From NCBI GenBank assembly GCA_012729095.1, contig JAAYDU010000027.1:1238-65237 (forward strand): a DNA stretch of 64,000 nt, given 5' to 3'. The DNA is from Methanobacteriota archaeon (GTDB taxonomy: Archaea > Thermoplasmatota > Thermoplasmata > Methanomassiliicoccales > UBA472). This document shows, piece after piece, positions 31,685-41,400 of the stretch (positions within the stretch are counted from its first letter, which is position 1; each line of letters opens with the position of its first letter). Made by a program: the position numbers and the translations under genes. The notes below the pieces were generated by a model. The model had not been told where the DNA came from. It did no database searches and saw only the letters and a program-made list of their open reading frames with translations.

Positions 31685-32765
31685 GTTTGATCGCCTCTTG
31701 CACTCCGTCGTTCGGTCTGGGATACAGCACCGCGGTTTTGGGGTTCACCGCTAAATACACTTCCTTTCCGATAGTTAAAAGGTTTTCGTCTAGGGTGGCC
31801 GTGTCGAAGCCGACCTCCTCTTCGTCCTCCGTGTTGGCGGTGACCCTCCAGTACGTCCCCATGTAGGTTATGGATGTCACCGTGGCCCTCATGCCCTCGT
31901 CCGCCGGGAACATGAACTCCGGGCGGACGGATATGACCACGGCGTCCCCCACCGGGCGGTCGGCCTGGTTCACCTTCACCTTCCCCCCGTTCCTGAGCTC
32001 TATCACCGAGACCCCGTCCTTTATCTCCAGCACCCAGCCATCCAGCAGGTTCGTCTCGCCAATGAAATTGGCCGTGAATATCCTCTTCGGGCGGGTGTAC
32101 AGTTCCTCGGGCGTTCCCGTCTCGACCACGGTGCCGGCTCGCATCAGCACGATGCGGTCGGAGACGGACTGCGCCTCCTCCTGATCGTGGGTCACGTGTA
32201 TTGTGGTCAGGCCCAGCTCCTTCGCCAGTCGGCGAAGCTCGTATCTAAGGTCCACCCTTACCCGGGAGTCAAGGGCGGAGAGCGGCTCATCGAGAAGCAG
32301 CAGCTTGGAACCTGAGGACAGGGCCCTCGCCAAGGACGCCTTCTGCTGTTCCCCGCCGCACAGCTCGCCGGGCAGCATGCCCATCTTGTCCAGGAGCTTT
32401 ACCATATCCAAGAAGCGCTTGGATATGCGCATCTGGTCCTCGCGCGGCATGTCCCGGGCCCTCGGCCCGTAGGACACGTTGTCCTGGACCGTCAAATGCG
32501 GGAACAGCGCGATGTTCTGGAAGACGTAACCGATGTAACGGTCCTCGATCGGCACCCCGGTCATGTCCTTTCCGTCGATGAACACCTTCCCTTCAGTGGG
32601 TTCAATGATACCTGCTATCATGCGGATGAGCGTCGTCTTGCCGCATCCGGACGGGCCGAGTATCGTCACGTACTCCTTGTCGCGGACGGTCAGGTCCACC
32701 TTGTGCACCGCCGTCACCGGGCCGTAACGCTTGCCCAGACCCACCAGCTTGACCTCGACCATCAT
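31677..32765 (-). CDS. ABC transporter ATP-binding protein (variant signature motif) with C-terminal TOBE-like domain
   Basis: Walker A GPSGCGKTT, Walker B LLLLDEPLSALD, H-loop HVTHDQ. The signature reads LCGGEQQK instead of LSGGQ. The start is taken at the ATG at 32765 (MMVEVKL), an ATGA overlap with the upstream ATPase. Confidence 0.85.
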   Translation of the reverse strand: MMVEVKLVGLGKRYGPVTAVHKVDLTVRDKEYVTILGPSGCGKTTLIRMIAGIIEPTEGKVFIDGKDMTGVPIEDRYIGYVFQNIALFPHLTVQDNVSYGPRARDMPREDQMRISKRFLDMVKLLDKMGMLPGELCGGEQQKASLARALSSGSKLLLLDEPLSALDSRVRVDLRYELRRLAKELGLTTIHVTHDQEEAQSVSDRIVLMRAGTVVETGTPEELYTRPKRIFTANFIGETNLLDGWVLEIKDGVSVIELRNGGKVKVNQADRPVGDAVVISVRPEFMFPADEGMRATVTSITYMGTYWRVTANTEDEEEVGFDTATLDENLLTIGKEVYLAVNPKTAVLYPRPNDGVQEAIKLE

Positions 32766-33853
32766 TCCACCTTCAGCTCGTTCTCCAGGCCGCTCGGCGG
32801 CATGGGGAAAACCGTTCCCTTGGATTCCTCCCAGTATATTTCCACCATGTCCCCGGCTACGATCTTTCCCTTGCGCCAGGACGGGACCTTGGAGGATATC
32901 CTCTGTCCGCTGTCCATCACCATGTCCACGTGCAGATTGCGGCCTTCGAATATTATGCGTTCCACCCTGGCCTTCAGGTACCCCTTCCTCTCCTTGGTGA
33001 GTTCGGTGTTGCCAATCTTGACCCCGAGCACGGCGCTCGTCCCCTGCGGAAGATCGGACGGGCGGCCCTTCAGCACCGTTCCCTCCGGCGTTCGCAGCAG
33101 CGTTAACGGGCTTGACTGCAGCACCTCCCCGGTGAAGAAGTTGGACTGCCCGACGAAGTTGGCCACGAAGGGGGTGGCCGGCTCGTCCCACACCTCCTTC
33201 GGCGTGCCGATCTGAAGTATGCGCCCGTCCCGTATCACCGCCACCCTGTCGGCCATGACCAGCGCTTCATCTTGGTCGTGGGTGACGTGTATGGCGGTCA
33301 TGTTGAGGGTCTTCGCCAGAGAGCGTAGCTCGGTTCGCAGCGAGATGCGCAGCCGGGCGTCCAATGCCCTGAGCGGCTCGTCCAACAGCAGCAGGTCGGC
33401 GCCGGACGCCAGCGCCCTGGCCAGGGCGGTCCTCTGCTGCATGCCCCCGCTCAGCTCCCGGGGGAAGGCGTCCGAGCGCCCGGAAAGGCGCACCAGGTCC
33501 AGCATGCTGATGAGCACCTGCTCCTTCGTTCTCTCGTCGGCCCCCCTTATGTCCAGGCCGAACAGTATGTTCTCCTCGACAGTGAGCTGCGGGAACAGCG
33601 CGTAGGTCTGGGACAGCAGGGCGGCCTTGCGCTCCTCTATCTCCTTACCTGTGTAGTCCTTGCCGTTGAAGAATATCTTGCCCTTGTCCGGGGCCAGAAG
33701 CCCGGATATCATTCGCAGCAGGGTGGTCTTGCCCGCACCGGTCGGTCCCAGCACGCAGAGGTACTCCCCGTCCTTCACCTCCAGGTCCAGGTTGTCGGCG
33801 GCCTTGATGTCCCCGTAAGATTTGCTGAGCTTGACCAGCTTGACCGTGGGCAT
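32762..33853 (-). CDS. ABC transporter ATP-binding protein (canonical) with C-terminal TOBE-like domain
   Basis: Walker A GPTGAGKTT, signature LSGGMQQR, Walker B LLLLDEPLRALD, H-loop HVTHDQ. Confidence 0.85.
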   Translation of the reverse strand: MPTVKLVKLSKSYGDIKAADNLDLEVKDGEYLCVLGPTGAGKTTLLRMISGLLAPDKGKIFFNGKDYTGKEIEERKAALLSQTYALFPQLTVEENILFGLDIRGADERTKEQVLISMLDLVRLSGRSDAFPRELSGGMQQRTALARALASGADLLLLDEPLRALDARLRISLRTELRSLAKTLNMTAIHVTHDQDEALVMADRVAVIRDGRILQIGTPKEVWDEPATPFVANFVGQSNFFTGEVLQSSPLTLLRTPEGTVLKGRPSDLPQGTSAVLGVKIGNTELTKERKGYLKARVERIIFEGRNLHVDMVMDSGQRISSKVPSWRKGKIVAGDMVEIYWEESKGTVFPMPPSGLENELKVE

Positions 33854-35427
33854 CAGCGGGACCTCCTGCCGTTGGTCACGTAGCGCAGGGCGAGCATGGC
33901 CACGTATGACACGATTATCAGCACGATGCAGGCCAGACCGGCGGTGTAGAAGGCCTCGCTCTTGATGAGCTTCACGATGTACACCGGCGCGGTCACGGCG
34001 CTGGCCACCACCGCCTGGGTGGCCCCGGTCTCCCCCAGGCTCCTGGTGAACGCCATTATAGCCCCGGCCAGTATGGAGCCCTTGATCATGGGGAACAGCA
34101 CCCGGCGGAAGGCCTGCACCGGCTTGGCACCGAGTGTCCGGGCGGTCTCCTCGTAGGAAGGGTCCACCTCCTCAACTGCCCCGGCCACGTTACGCACCAC
34201 CAGGGGATAGGTGAAGGCCACGTGGGCCAGTATGATGAGCAGCGCATCGAATGTGGGAATTATGTTCTGACCGGTCCAGAACACGCCGAGCGAGTATCCC
34301 AGGGCGGCGGTGGGCACGATCAGGGGAACGTTCACCAGGACGTCCAGTACCTCGGGCAGCTTGCCCTTGCGGTTCTTTGCTATGTAGAGCGCCAGAGGAA
34401 CCCCCAAGGAAATGTCTATGACAGTGACCACGGCGGCTATGACGAAGGAATAGAACAGGCTGTCCATGAAAGGGCCGTAATCGAAGGACACCGGGGTGGC
34501 GGAGGCCACGTAGGTGAAGATGAAGAAAGACGGAAGGAGCACGAACACCACCAGGAACAGCACGGCCAGGCCATCCTTGGTCTTCGGGAACCAGCCCCTG
34601 GAGAACAGCCTCTCCGGCCGCGGCCAGATGCGGCCCATGGGAAGGTGTACCTTCATTATGACGATCTTGAGCACGACCAGCAGCAGCAGGGAGAGTATTA
34701 TGAGCAGGATGCTGACGAAGGCCAGGGGCGCGGCCAGGTCCGGGTTGGAGTCCAGGTCATGCTTCCAGTCCCCGATGAGCGTCGGGCCGGTGGCGAAGTT
34801 TCCGGGATTGGCCATGGTGGCCAGGGCTATCATCGTGCCCCCGGTCTCGCTAAGGCTGCGGGCGAAGCAGAGTATGATCCCGGTCACCAGGCCGGCCCTG
34901 AAAAGGGGCAGGGTGATGGTCCTGGCCGCCGAAAGCGCGCTGGCGCCGAGCGTTCTCCCGGCGGTCTCGTACGTTTGGTCGATCTGCACCAGTATGGCCG
35001 ATAACGAGCGCACCATGTAGGGGTAGGAGAACACCACGTGGAGCAGTATTATGAGAAGGTACGGCGAGGTCACTGCGTTGAGGGCGAAGGAGGGCGCCGC
35101 CAGGCTTTCCGGGGTAACGGCGAAGAATATGGCGCTGGAGAATCCCAGGGCTGCCGTGGGAACCGCCAGCGGCATGTCGATGAGGGTGTCCAGGAACCGC
35201 TTCCCGCGGAACTCCTTGCGCACCAGTATCCAGGCCATCGGAAGCCCGGCAAGTATGTCGATCACCGTTACGATGCCCGCTATCTGGAAAGAGGCGCTGA
35301 TGGCGTTCAGGATGAGGTCCAGCATGGCAGGGTCGTCGAGAACGTGCTGCTCGATGGCCCCCCAATCGGTGATCGCGTAGCTCAGTATGTAGATGGTAGG
35401 CAGTATGACGAAGAACAGGAAGAACAC
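33853..35427 (-). CDS. Fused two-domain ABC importer permease (FbpB/ThiP-like, ~12 TM)
   Basis: 524 aa with two EAA-type loops (ETAGRTLGASALSAARTITLPL and EETARTLGAKPVQAFRRVLFPM). Confidence 0.8.
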   Translation of the reverse strand: MFFLFFVILPTIYILSYAITDWGAIEQHVLDDPAMLDLILNAISASFQIAGIVTVIDILAGLPMAWILVRKEFRGKRFLDTLIDMPLAVPTAALGFSSAIFFAVTPESLAAPSFALNAVTSPYLLIILLHVVFSYPYMVRSLSAILVQIDQTYETAGRTLGASALSAARTITLPLFRAGLVTGIILCFARSLSETGGTMIALATMANPGNFATGPTLIGDWKHDLDSNPDLAAPLAFVSILLIILSLLLLVVLKIVIMKVHLPMGRIWPRPERLFSRGWFPKTKDGLAVLFLVVFVLLPSFFIFTYVASATPVSFDYGPFMDSLFYSFVIAAVVTVIDISLGVPLALYIAKNRKGKLPEVLDVLVNVPLIVPTAALGYSLGVFWTGQNIIPTFDALLIILAHVAFTYPLVVRNVAGAVEEVDPSYEETARTLGAKPVQAFRRVLFPMIKGSILAGAIMAFTRSLGETGATQAVVASAVTAPVYIVKLIKSEAFYTAGLACIVLIIVSYVAMLALRYVTNGRRSR

Positions 35428-35577
35428 GATGATGAAAGCGGTCCAGCCGGTACGGAACCGCTTCCGGCTGATCGCCGTTATAAGGGAATCCCATTTGCTT
35501 CCTGCCAGACGTTCACCCCGGGGCCGTTTGGAGAAAAGGTTGGTGACATATATACCTAGTGCAGAAGGTCCCTGATA

Positions 35578-36540
35578 TCACTGAAGCTCGGCCAGGACCC
35601 TGCCCTGAACCGACTCTCCGTCTCCCACCGAGGCGCCTGGGCCCAGCAGGCAATCCCTGACCACGCACCCCTTGCCCACAGAGGCGCCCTGCATGAGGAC
35701 CGAGCGCTCCACCAGGGACCCTTCCGACACGCTGGAACCGGGCAGGGCGCAGACATGCGGACCGATGACGCACCCGCTGAGGTTCGCCCCGTCCAGATAG
35801 TTAGGCCCGATCACCTTCGACCCCTCCATCCTGGTCGCCCTTGTTGAGGAGCGGCCGTGCTCCAGAAGCTCGGACTGCGCCCGGAGGTAGCTCTCCGGGG
35901 TCCCGCAGTCCACCCAGTAGCCATGGAAGCGGTAACCGTGCAGGCCTTTTTCCAGGACCTTCGGGAATACCTGCCTCTCCAGGGAGACCACGCCGGGCGG
36001 GATGTGGTCCAGCAGTTCCGGCTGGAATACGTAGACGCCAGCGTTGATCAGGTCGGATATGGCCGTTCCGGGGGCGGGCTTCTCCTGGAAATCTATGATC
36101 TGGTCACCGTCCAGGCCGACCACCCCGAAGGCCGCTGGGTCAGGCACGCGCCAAAGGGACAGGGTACCTATCCCCCCGTGCCTGCGGTGGAAAGACAGCA
36201 GGTCTCGCAGGTCCAGCGAGCTAACTATGTCCCCGTTGAAGCACAGGAACGTATCGTCCAAATGCTGGCGCACGTTCCTGATCGCCCCCCCGGTGCCCAG
36301 CGGTTCCTCCTCGTTGACCAGCACCACGCGCCGACCGCAATCGTGATCGCGGAAGTGGTCTTCGAGAAGGTCCTTCATGTAGCTTACCGCCAGCACGACC
36401 GTGTCCACCTCATCGGGAAGGGAATCGATTATGTGCATGACCATGGGACGGTCGAGAAGGGGCAGTAAAGGCTTGGGCGTTGAAAAGGTCAGAGGCCTCA
36501 GCCGGGTGCCCATGCCCCCGGCCAGGATCAGCGCTTTCAT
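35578..36540 (-). CDS. Sugar-1-phosphate nucleotidyltransferase (mannose-1-P guanylyl / glucose-1-P thymidylyl type) with short LbH tail
   Basis: MKALILAGGMGTRLRPLTFSTPKPLLPL, with C-terminal hexapeptide-like repeats. Confidence 0.8.
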   Translation of the reverse strand: MKALILAGGMGTRLRPLTFSTPKPLLPLLDRPMVMHIIDSLPDEVDTVVLAVSYMKDLLEDHFRDHDCGRRVVLVNEEEPLGTGGAIRNVRQHLDDTFLCFNGDIVSSLDLRDLLSFHRRHGGIGTLSLWRVPDPAAFGVVGLDGDQIIDFQEKPAPGTAISDLINAGVYVFQPELLDHIPPGVVSLERQVFPKVLEKGLHGYRFHGYWVDCGTPESYLRAQSELLEHGRSSTRATRMEGSKVIGPNYLDGANLSGCVIGPHVCALPGSSVSEGSLVERSVLMQGASVGKGCVVRDCLLGPGASVGDGESVQGRVLAELQ

Positions 36541-36547
36541 GATAGGT

Positions 36548-36763
36548 TCAGAACGGCGCTATGCTCACCACGTTGTTGCCGCGGAGTATGACCGTGCCCA
36601 GTCGGCGGGTCTGTTCCGCGGTGCGCTCCTCCGTCTCCTCCAGCACCATGTTCATGTACTCGTCGTAGCCGGTGAGCTTGCCTTCCAGGACGCGGTTGTC
36701 CTTGAGCAGGAGGGAGACCTTCTTGTTCAGTGTCTTCTCCATGAGCGCGAGGGGCATTACCAT
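36548..36763 (-). CDS. Sm-like archaeal protein (SmAP/LSm)
   Basis: Sm1/Sm2 motifs: VSLLLKDNRVLEGKLTGYDEYMNMVLEE...LGTVILRGNNVVSI. The start is taken at an internal ATG (36763 or 36757). Confidence 0.8.
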   Translation of the reverse strand: MVMPLALMEKTLNKKVSLLLKDNRVLEGKLTGYDEYMNMVLEETEERTAEQTRRLGTVILRGNNVVSIAPF

Positions 36764-37002
36764 TTTATCACTCTGGTAGGCATTGAACGGTTGCATTTAA
36801 ACCTTTTCGCCTGGATAGGTCCCTCAAAGCTTCAGGGCCGACGTCCAGTCGTTGGTGACGGGGTTCCGTCCGCAACGCACAAGGTCCTCATGCAGTACCA
36901 CGTCGCTCACGGCCACCAGGGCCATGGGGCCGTGGCGGCCTTGCCAGCATGTGGACATGCCCGGGGGGATGCGGGTGATGGCCCATCCGTTCAGGGCCTC
37001 GC

Positions 37003-37491
37003 TTACTGCTTCTGCTTCGATTCCATCCACTCCTTGATCTCTTCCTTCTTGGTTCCCAGTCCGAACTTCTCGGAGAACTCCCTGGTGGTGCTGAGCAGCA
37101 AGGACTGTCCTACGTGCTTGCCGGTTACCAGCCCCATCTGCCTGAGCGTTCTGACCCTTTCGTAGACGCCGGACCCCAGGAGCTTGGCCAGGTCGCTCTG
37201 CATTATGGGCTGGTTGTAGGCGATGATGGAGGCGGTCTTGAGCACCTCCGGGGACATCTCCATGTCCGCGAAAGGCAGGGCGTACTGGTTGTACTCCTGG
37301 CGCAATTGAAGCGAGTACCTCTGCCCGATCTTGGCGATCTCGTAGGCGGTGCCGCGCTCCTCGTATTCCTTGTCCAGTAGCCTGATCTCCTTGCGCACGG
37401 CATCCGGGCTCACCCCGCATATGTCGGCTATGTCCGCCGCCCGCAGGGGCTGGGACGCCGCGAACAGCACCGCCTCCACCGCCCGCCCCAC
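37003..37491 (-). CDS. scpB: Segregation and condensation protein B
   Basis: VEAVLFAASQPLRAADIADICG, a tandem wHTH, and operon position after scpA. Confidence 0.8.
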   Translation of the reverse strand: MGRAVEAVLFAASQPLRAADIADICGVSPDAVRKEIRLLDKEYEERGTAYEIAKIGQRYSLQLRQEYNQYALPFADMEMSPEVLKTASIIAYNQPIMQSDLAKLLGSGVYERVRTLRQMGLVTGKHVGQSLLLSTTREFSEKFGLGTKKEEIKEWMESKQKQ

Positions 37492-37492
37492 C

Positions 37493-38401
37493 TCACATCA
37501 CCATCTTCGCCTGTATGGCCATGGCTTCGGCCTGCGCCCCGTCCACCAGCTGGGCGATCTCCCAGGGCAGCTTGATCTCCAGGTATACCTGGCCGTAGGG
37601 GAGCTCGTCCTGCCACAGAGATATCTTGCCGCTGCGCGCCAGGAACAGCAGCGATATGAACACCTTGATGCGGTCCTCCTTGTCATCCTCGAACAGGTCC
37701 TCCAGGGCTATCGGTCCCGAGCCGCAGCGCTCGATGCGCTGCCATGTCTCGGCCACATCCTTCTCCTGGTCGTCACTGTGCGACTTGCCGTCGAACCTCT
37801 CCTGGGCCTTGATCAGCCGCTCCCTTACGCGCTGGCGATTGAGGGCGATCTCCACCTCCTGCTGAGCGGTATCGAACGCGTCCAACAGGTCAACGAGCGA
37901 GACGGGGCGGGTGCAGCGGTGGCGCACCACCTCCGTGAGCTCCACGCACTCCGGGACGTCGAGTTCGATCTCCGGCAGGGAACCCTCCGCGTACATGTCC
38001 ATGGCACATGTGTCCCAGTCCTCGAAGTACAGCTCCTCCCTCCTTTCGTTGAGGGAGAGCACCTCCCGGGACTGCATGTGCAGTATGCTCCAGGCCATGT
38101 GCATGAGCTTACCGGCAACGATGAAGTCGACCTCTTCGTGGCGCATCCTCTGCCCGTAGAGCTTGGCGAACTTCATGAGGTCCACGTCCCAGGGGTCCAG
38201 GTCGCTGCTGAGAACCAGCTCGAACACCAGCTGAAGCGAGCGGTCCAACGGCTCGCGCCCGGCGATCTGCTTCTCCTCCTCGGCGGATCGCAGCAGCCCC
38301 AGGTAGCGGTCGATCTTCTCCGCACCGCGTCCCTCGTCGATCAATGCCTTGTGGAACATCAGGTGTCCCAGCACGTTGTCCAAGCTCCCAGACTCTATCA
38401 T
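37493..38401 (-). CDS. scpA: Segregation and condensation protein A (kleisin)
   Basis: Carries LDPWDVDLMKFAKLY and C-terminal FISLLFLARSGKISLWQDE. 4-nt overlap with smc. Confidence 0.75.
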   Translation of the reverse strand: MIESGSLDNVLGHLMFHKALIDEGRGAEKIDRYLGLLRSAEEEKQIAGREPLDRSLQLVFELVLSSDLDPWDVDLMKFAKLYGQRMRHEEVDFIVAGKLMHMAWSILHMQSREVLSLNERREELYFEDWDTCAMDMYAEGSLPEIELDVPECVELTEVVRHRCTRPVSLVDLLDAFDTAQQEVEIALNRQRVRERLIKAQERFDGKSHSDDQEKDVAETWQRIERCGSGPIALEDLFEDDKEDRIKVFISLLFLARSGKISLWQDELPYGQVYLEIKLPWEIAQLVDGAQAEAMAIQAKMVM

Positions 38402-41400
38402 TCCCCATCCCTCCTGGCCTTTTCCTCAGGCAGACCTATCTCCTTCTCCAGCTCGCTGAAGTCGCCGATGTTCGGCTTGAATATGACGTTGGATATGCCC
38501 CCCGCGGGCTTGGTGACCCCGATTATGTGGTCCGCCTTGTTCAGGGTGACCTTTCTCAGGGATATCTGCACGAACTGGGCGGTGGCGCTGCTCTTCTTCA
38601 CCCGGTTCGCCACCATCTCCGCATTCACGGCGTCCAGGAACATGTCCACCTCGTCAAGCAGGTAGAACGGCGATGGCTGCCATTCCTGCAGGGCGAATAT
38701 GAACGCCAGAGCCGTCAGTGACTTCTCTCCCCCGCTCAGCGCCTCCAGCCTCAGCACCTTGCCGTTGCGCGGCCTGGCCTTGATCACCAGTCCGCCCTGG
38801 AAAGGTTCCTGCGGGTTCTCCAGGAGCAGCTCGGCCTCCCCGCCCCCGGACAGCTCGGCGTACACCCGGCGGAAGTTGGCGTTGACCGTGTCGAAAACCT
38901 TCACCAGGTTCACCTTCTTCCTCTCGTTGAGCTGGTCGGTTAGCGCCACCAGCTGGTCCCTCTGGTCCTCCAGCCTCTTGGTCTCGGCGCGAAGCTCAAC
39001 ATGCCTTGCCTTCTTCTCGTCGTAATCCTCTATGGCCCTCAGGTTCACCGCACCCATTCCGCTGAGGGCGTTCTCGCAAAGGACCATCTCCGAGCGGATA
39101 TCGTCCAGCGGAGGGAGCGGGTAGCTGACCTCCAGGTTCTGCTGGGCGATCTCCTGTATGATCTCCTTCAGCCTCTCCTCGGCCATGGCCTTCTTGGTCC
39201 CCAGCCCTATCAGGAAGTCGTTGGAGGTCTCCAGCTTGACCAGTACCTTCTCGCGATCGGCCTGGGCCTGCCCCTTCTGCCCCAGCAGCCTCTCCTTCTC
39301 GTCCCGCAGGGATGTGATCTCCTTGCCCATGGAGTCCTCGATCCTCTTGAGGGCGGCCAGCTCGATCCGTAGCCGGGATTCCTTTTCCGCGGCGGCCTGC
39401 CCCTGGGATTCCAGCTGTCGCAGCCTTTCCTGCTGCTGGCCTTCCGTGGCTGCCATCTCGTTCAAGCGCCTTTCGCGCTCTACCGCCTGCAGCCTCATGG
39501 CCTCGTGCTCCCCGCGCTTCTCGGAGAGCTTCTGAGAACACCCTACGATCGACGATTGCACGTCCCTCAGCCTCTGGGAGAGCTCGGCTGGCGCTATTTC
39601 CAGCAGCCGATGGGAGTTGAACTCCCGCTCCTCCTTCAGCTTATTGAGCTCGTCGTCATACCTGGTTACCGTGAGCCCGAGCTCCGCCGCCTGGGACACC
39701 GCCCTCTCCCGCTCGGCCTGTTTGGCCGCGGCGGAATCGGTGGCCCTCTTCAGCTTGGCCTTCTGCTCCACCAGCTGCTTCTGCAGGCCCTCCAGCTCTA
39801 TGCCCTTTCCACGATCGGCCCCGCTTATCTCGCGTATCCGGGAATCGATATCGGCGATCTCCTGCCTGATGGCCACGAGCTCCGCGGAGACCTTGTCCGC
39901 CTGCTCGGTGGCCTTTCGAAGCTCCTCGGCTATCTCGTCGGCCTTTCCCTTCCCGGCGCCGAAGCGGACCTTGCTTCCCTCCACGGTCCCGCCGACCATG
40001 GCCCCGGAGGCCTCGATGAGCTCCCCGTTCACCGTTACCAGGCGAACCCCGCCCATCAACCGGCGGGCCTCCTGCAGTGTGTTCACCACTACGGTGTCCC
40101 CGAACACGTACCAGAAAGCTGCCCGGTACTTAGCGTCAAAACTGATGAGGTCGATGGCGAAACCGGCGGCCTCCCTCTCGGCCATCATCGCCTTTCCGCG
40201 CGGTCTGCCGTCGAGCATCTTGTTCAGGGGAAGGAAGGTCGCCCTGCCTAGCTCTCGGCCCTTCAGGAACTGTATGGCGTCCGACGCCACTTGGTCGTCG
40301 TCGACGACGATCGATTGCATGCGCCCCCCGGCGGCTATGTTCAGGGCAACCTCGTACTTGGGGTCGACGTCGGCCAGCTCGGCAATGGTGCCGTGAATGC
40401 CCTTCATCTCCCCGCGGTCCCTCGCCTCCAGCAGGGCCCTCACAGCCCGGTTGTAGCCGCGGGCGACGTTGACCGCCGCCTCCTCTTCCGCCTTGAGGTG
40501 GTTGTACTCGCGCGTAAGATTGCGCACGGCCTGCTCCAGCTCGTTGGCCATCCTGGCCAGCTGGCCCTCGCGGTTCTTCTTGGAATGGAACTGCTCCTGC
40601 AAAGATTTCATGGAGCCGCTGGTGTCCCTGCCCTCCTTTCCCATCTCCCTGACCCGCCAGTCCAGGTCCTTGACCTCGAACTCCGCGGATTCCTTCTCCT
40701 GGCGGATCCCTTCCAGTTCGGACAGCAGGTCCTGGGCCAGACGCTCCAGCTTTTCCTTCTCCAGGCGCTTGGCGTGCAGGGCCTCGGTACTTCCCCGTAT
40801 CCTCTGGTCCTGCTCCTTGATCTTCTTTTCCAGTGAGGATAGCTCGCTGTCGTACGAGCTGAGCTCGTCCTTGAGCTTGGCCTCGTCGTTCAGCAGCCTC
40901 TTGACCTTGTCCTCCAGGTCCTTGAGCTCGGTTCCCGCGGAGCGGAGGGCCGATCCCTGCGCCTCTTTGGCCTTCAGTATCTCGTCGCGCTCCTCGAGCA
41001 GGGCCTTCAGGCCCTCCTTGAGCTCGGCCGCCTGGTCGGAGGAGCGCTCCTTCTGGTCCGCGGACCTGGCGACCTCCACCCGCAGGCCGTCCATCTTCTC
41101 CTTGAGCTCGGCGAACTCCGCCCCGCCCTTGGCCTGCAGCTCGGCCTCCTTCTTGAGGTAAAGGTCCTCTATCGATCGTATCTGCGCCTCAAGCTCGCCG
41201 CGGCGGACCTTCAGGGCCTCGATGTCCTTGGAATAGGAGGCTATCTGCTCCCCTATCCCCTTGATCTCCGCCTCCGTGCCTTCCTTGCGCTTGTGGGCCA
41301 TGCGTGCCTTCGCTAGCGCGAGGCGGTCCCTCATCTCCAGGTACTTGAGGGCGGCGCCCCTCTCCTGCTCAAGCTGACGGATCTGCTTGTCCAGCTCCCC

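Noticed and set aside
36824-37002. Open minus-strand frame in the scpB-SmAP gap (…MSTCWQGRHGPMALVAVSDVVLHEDLVRCGRNPVTNDWTSALKL).
   Set aside because: No recognisable family or convincing start signal. It is the tail of a shadow ORF overlapping scpB. It cannot be supported without a homology search.
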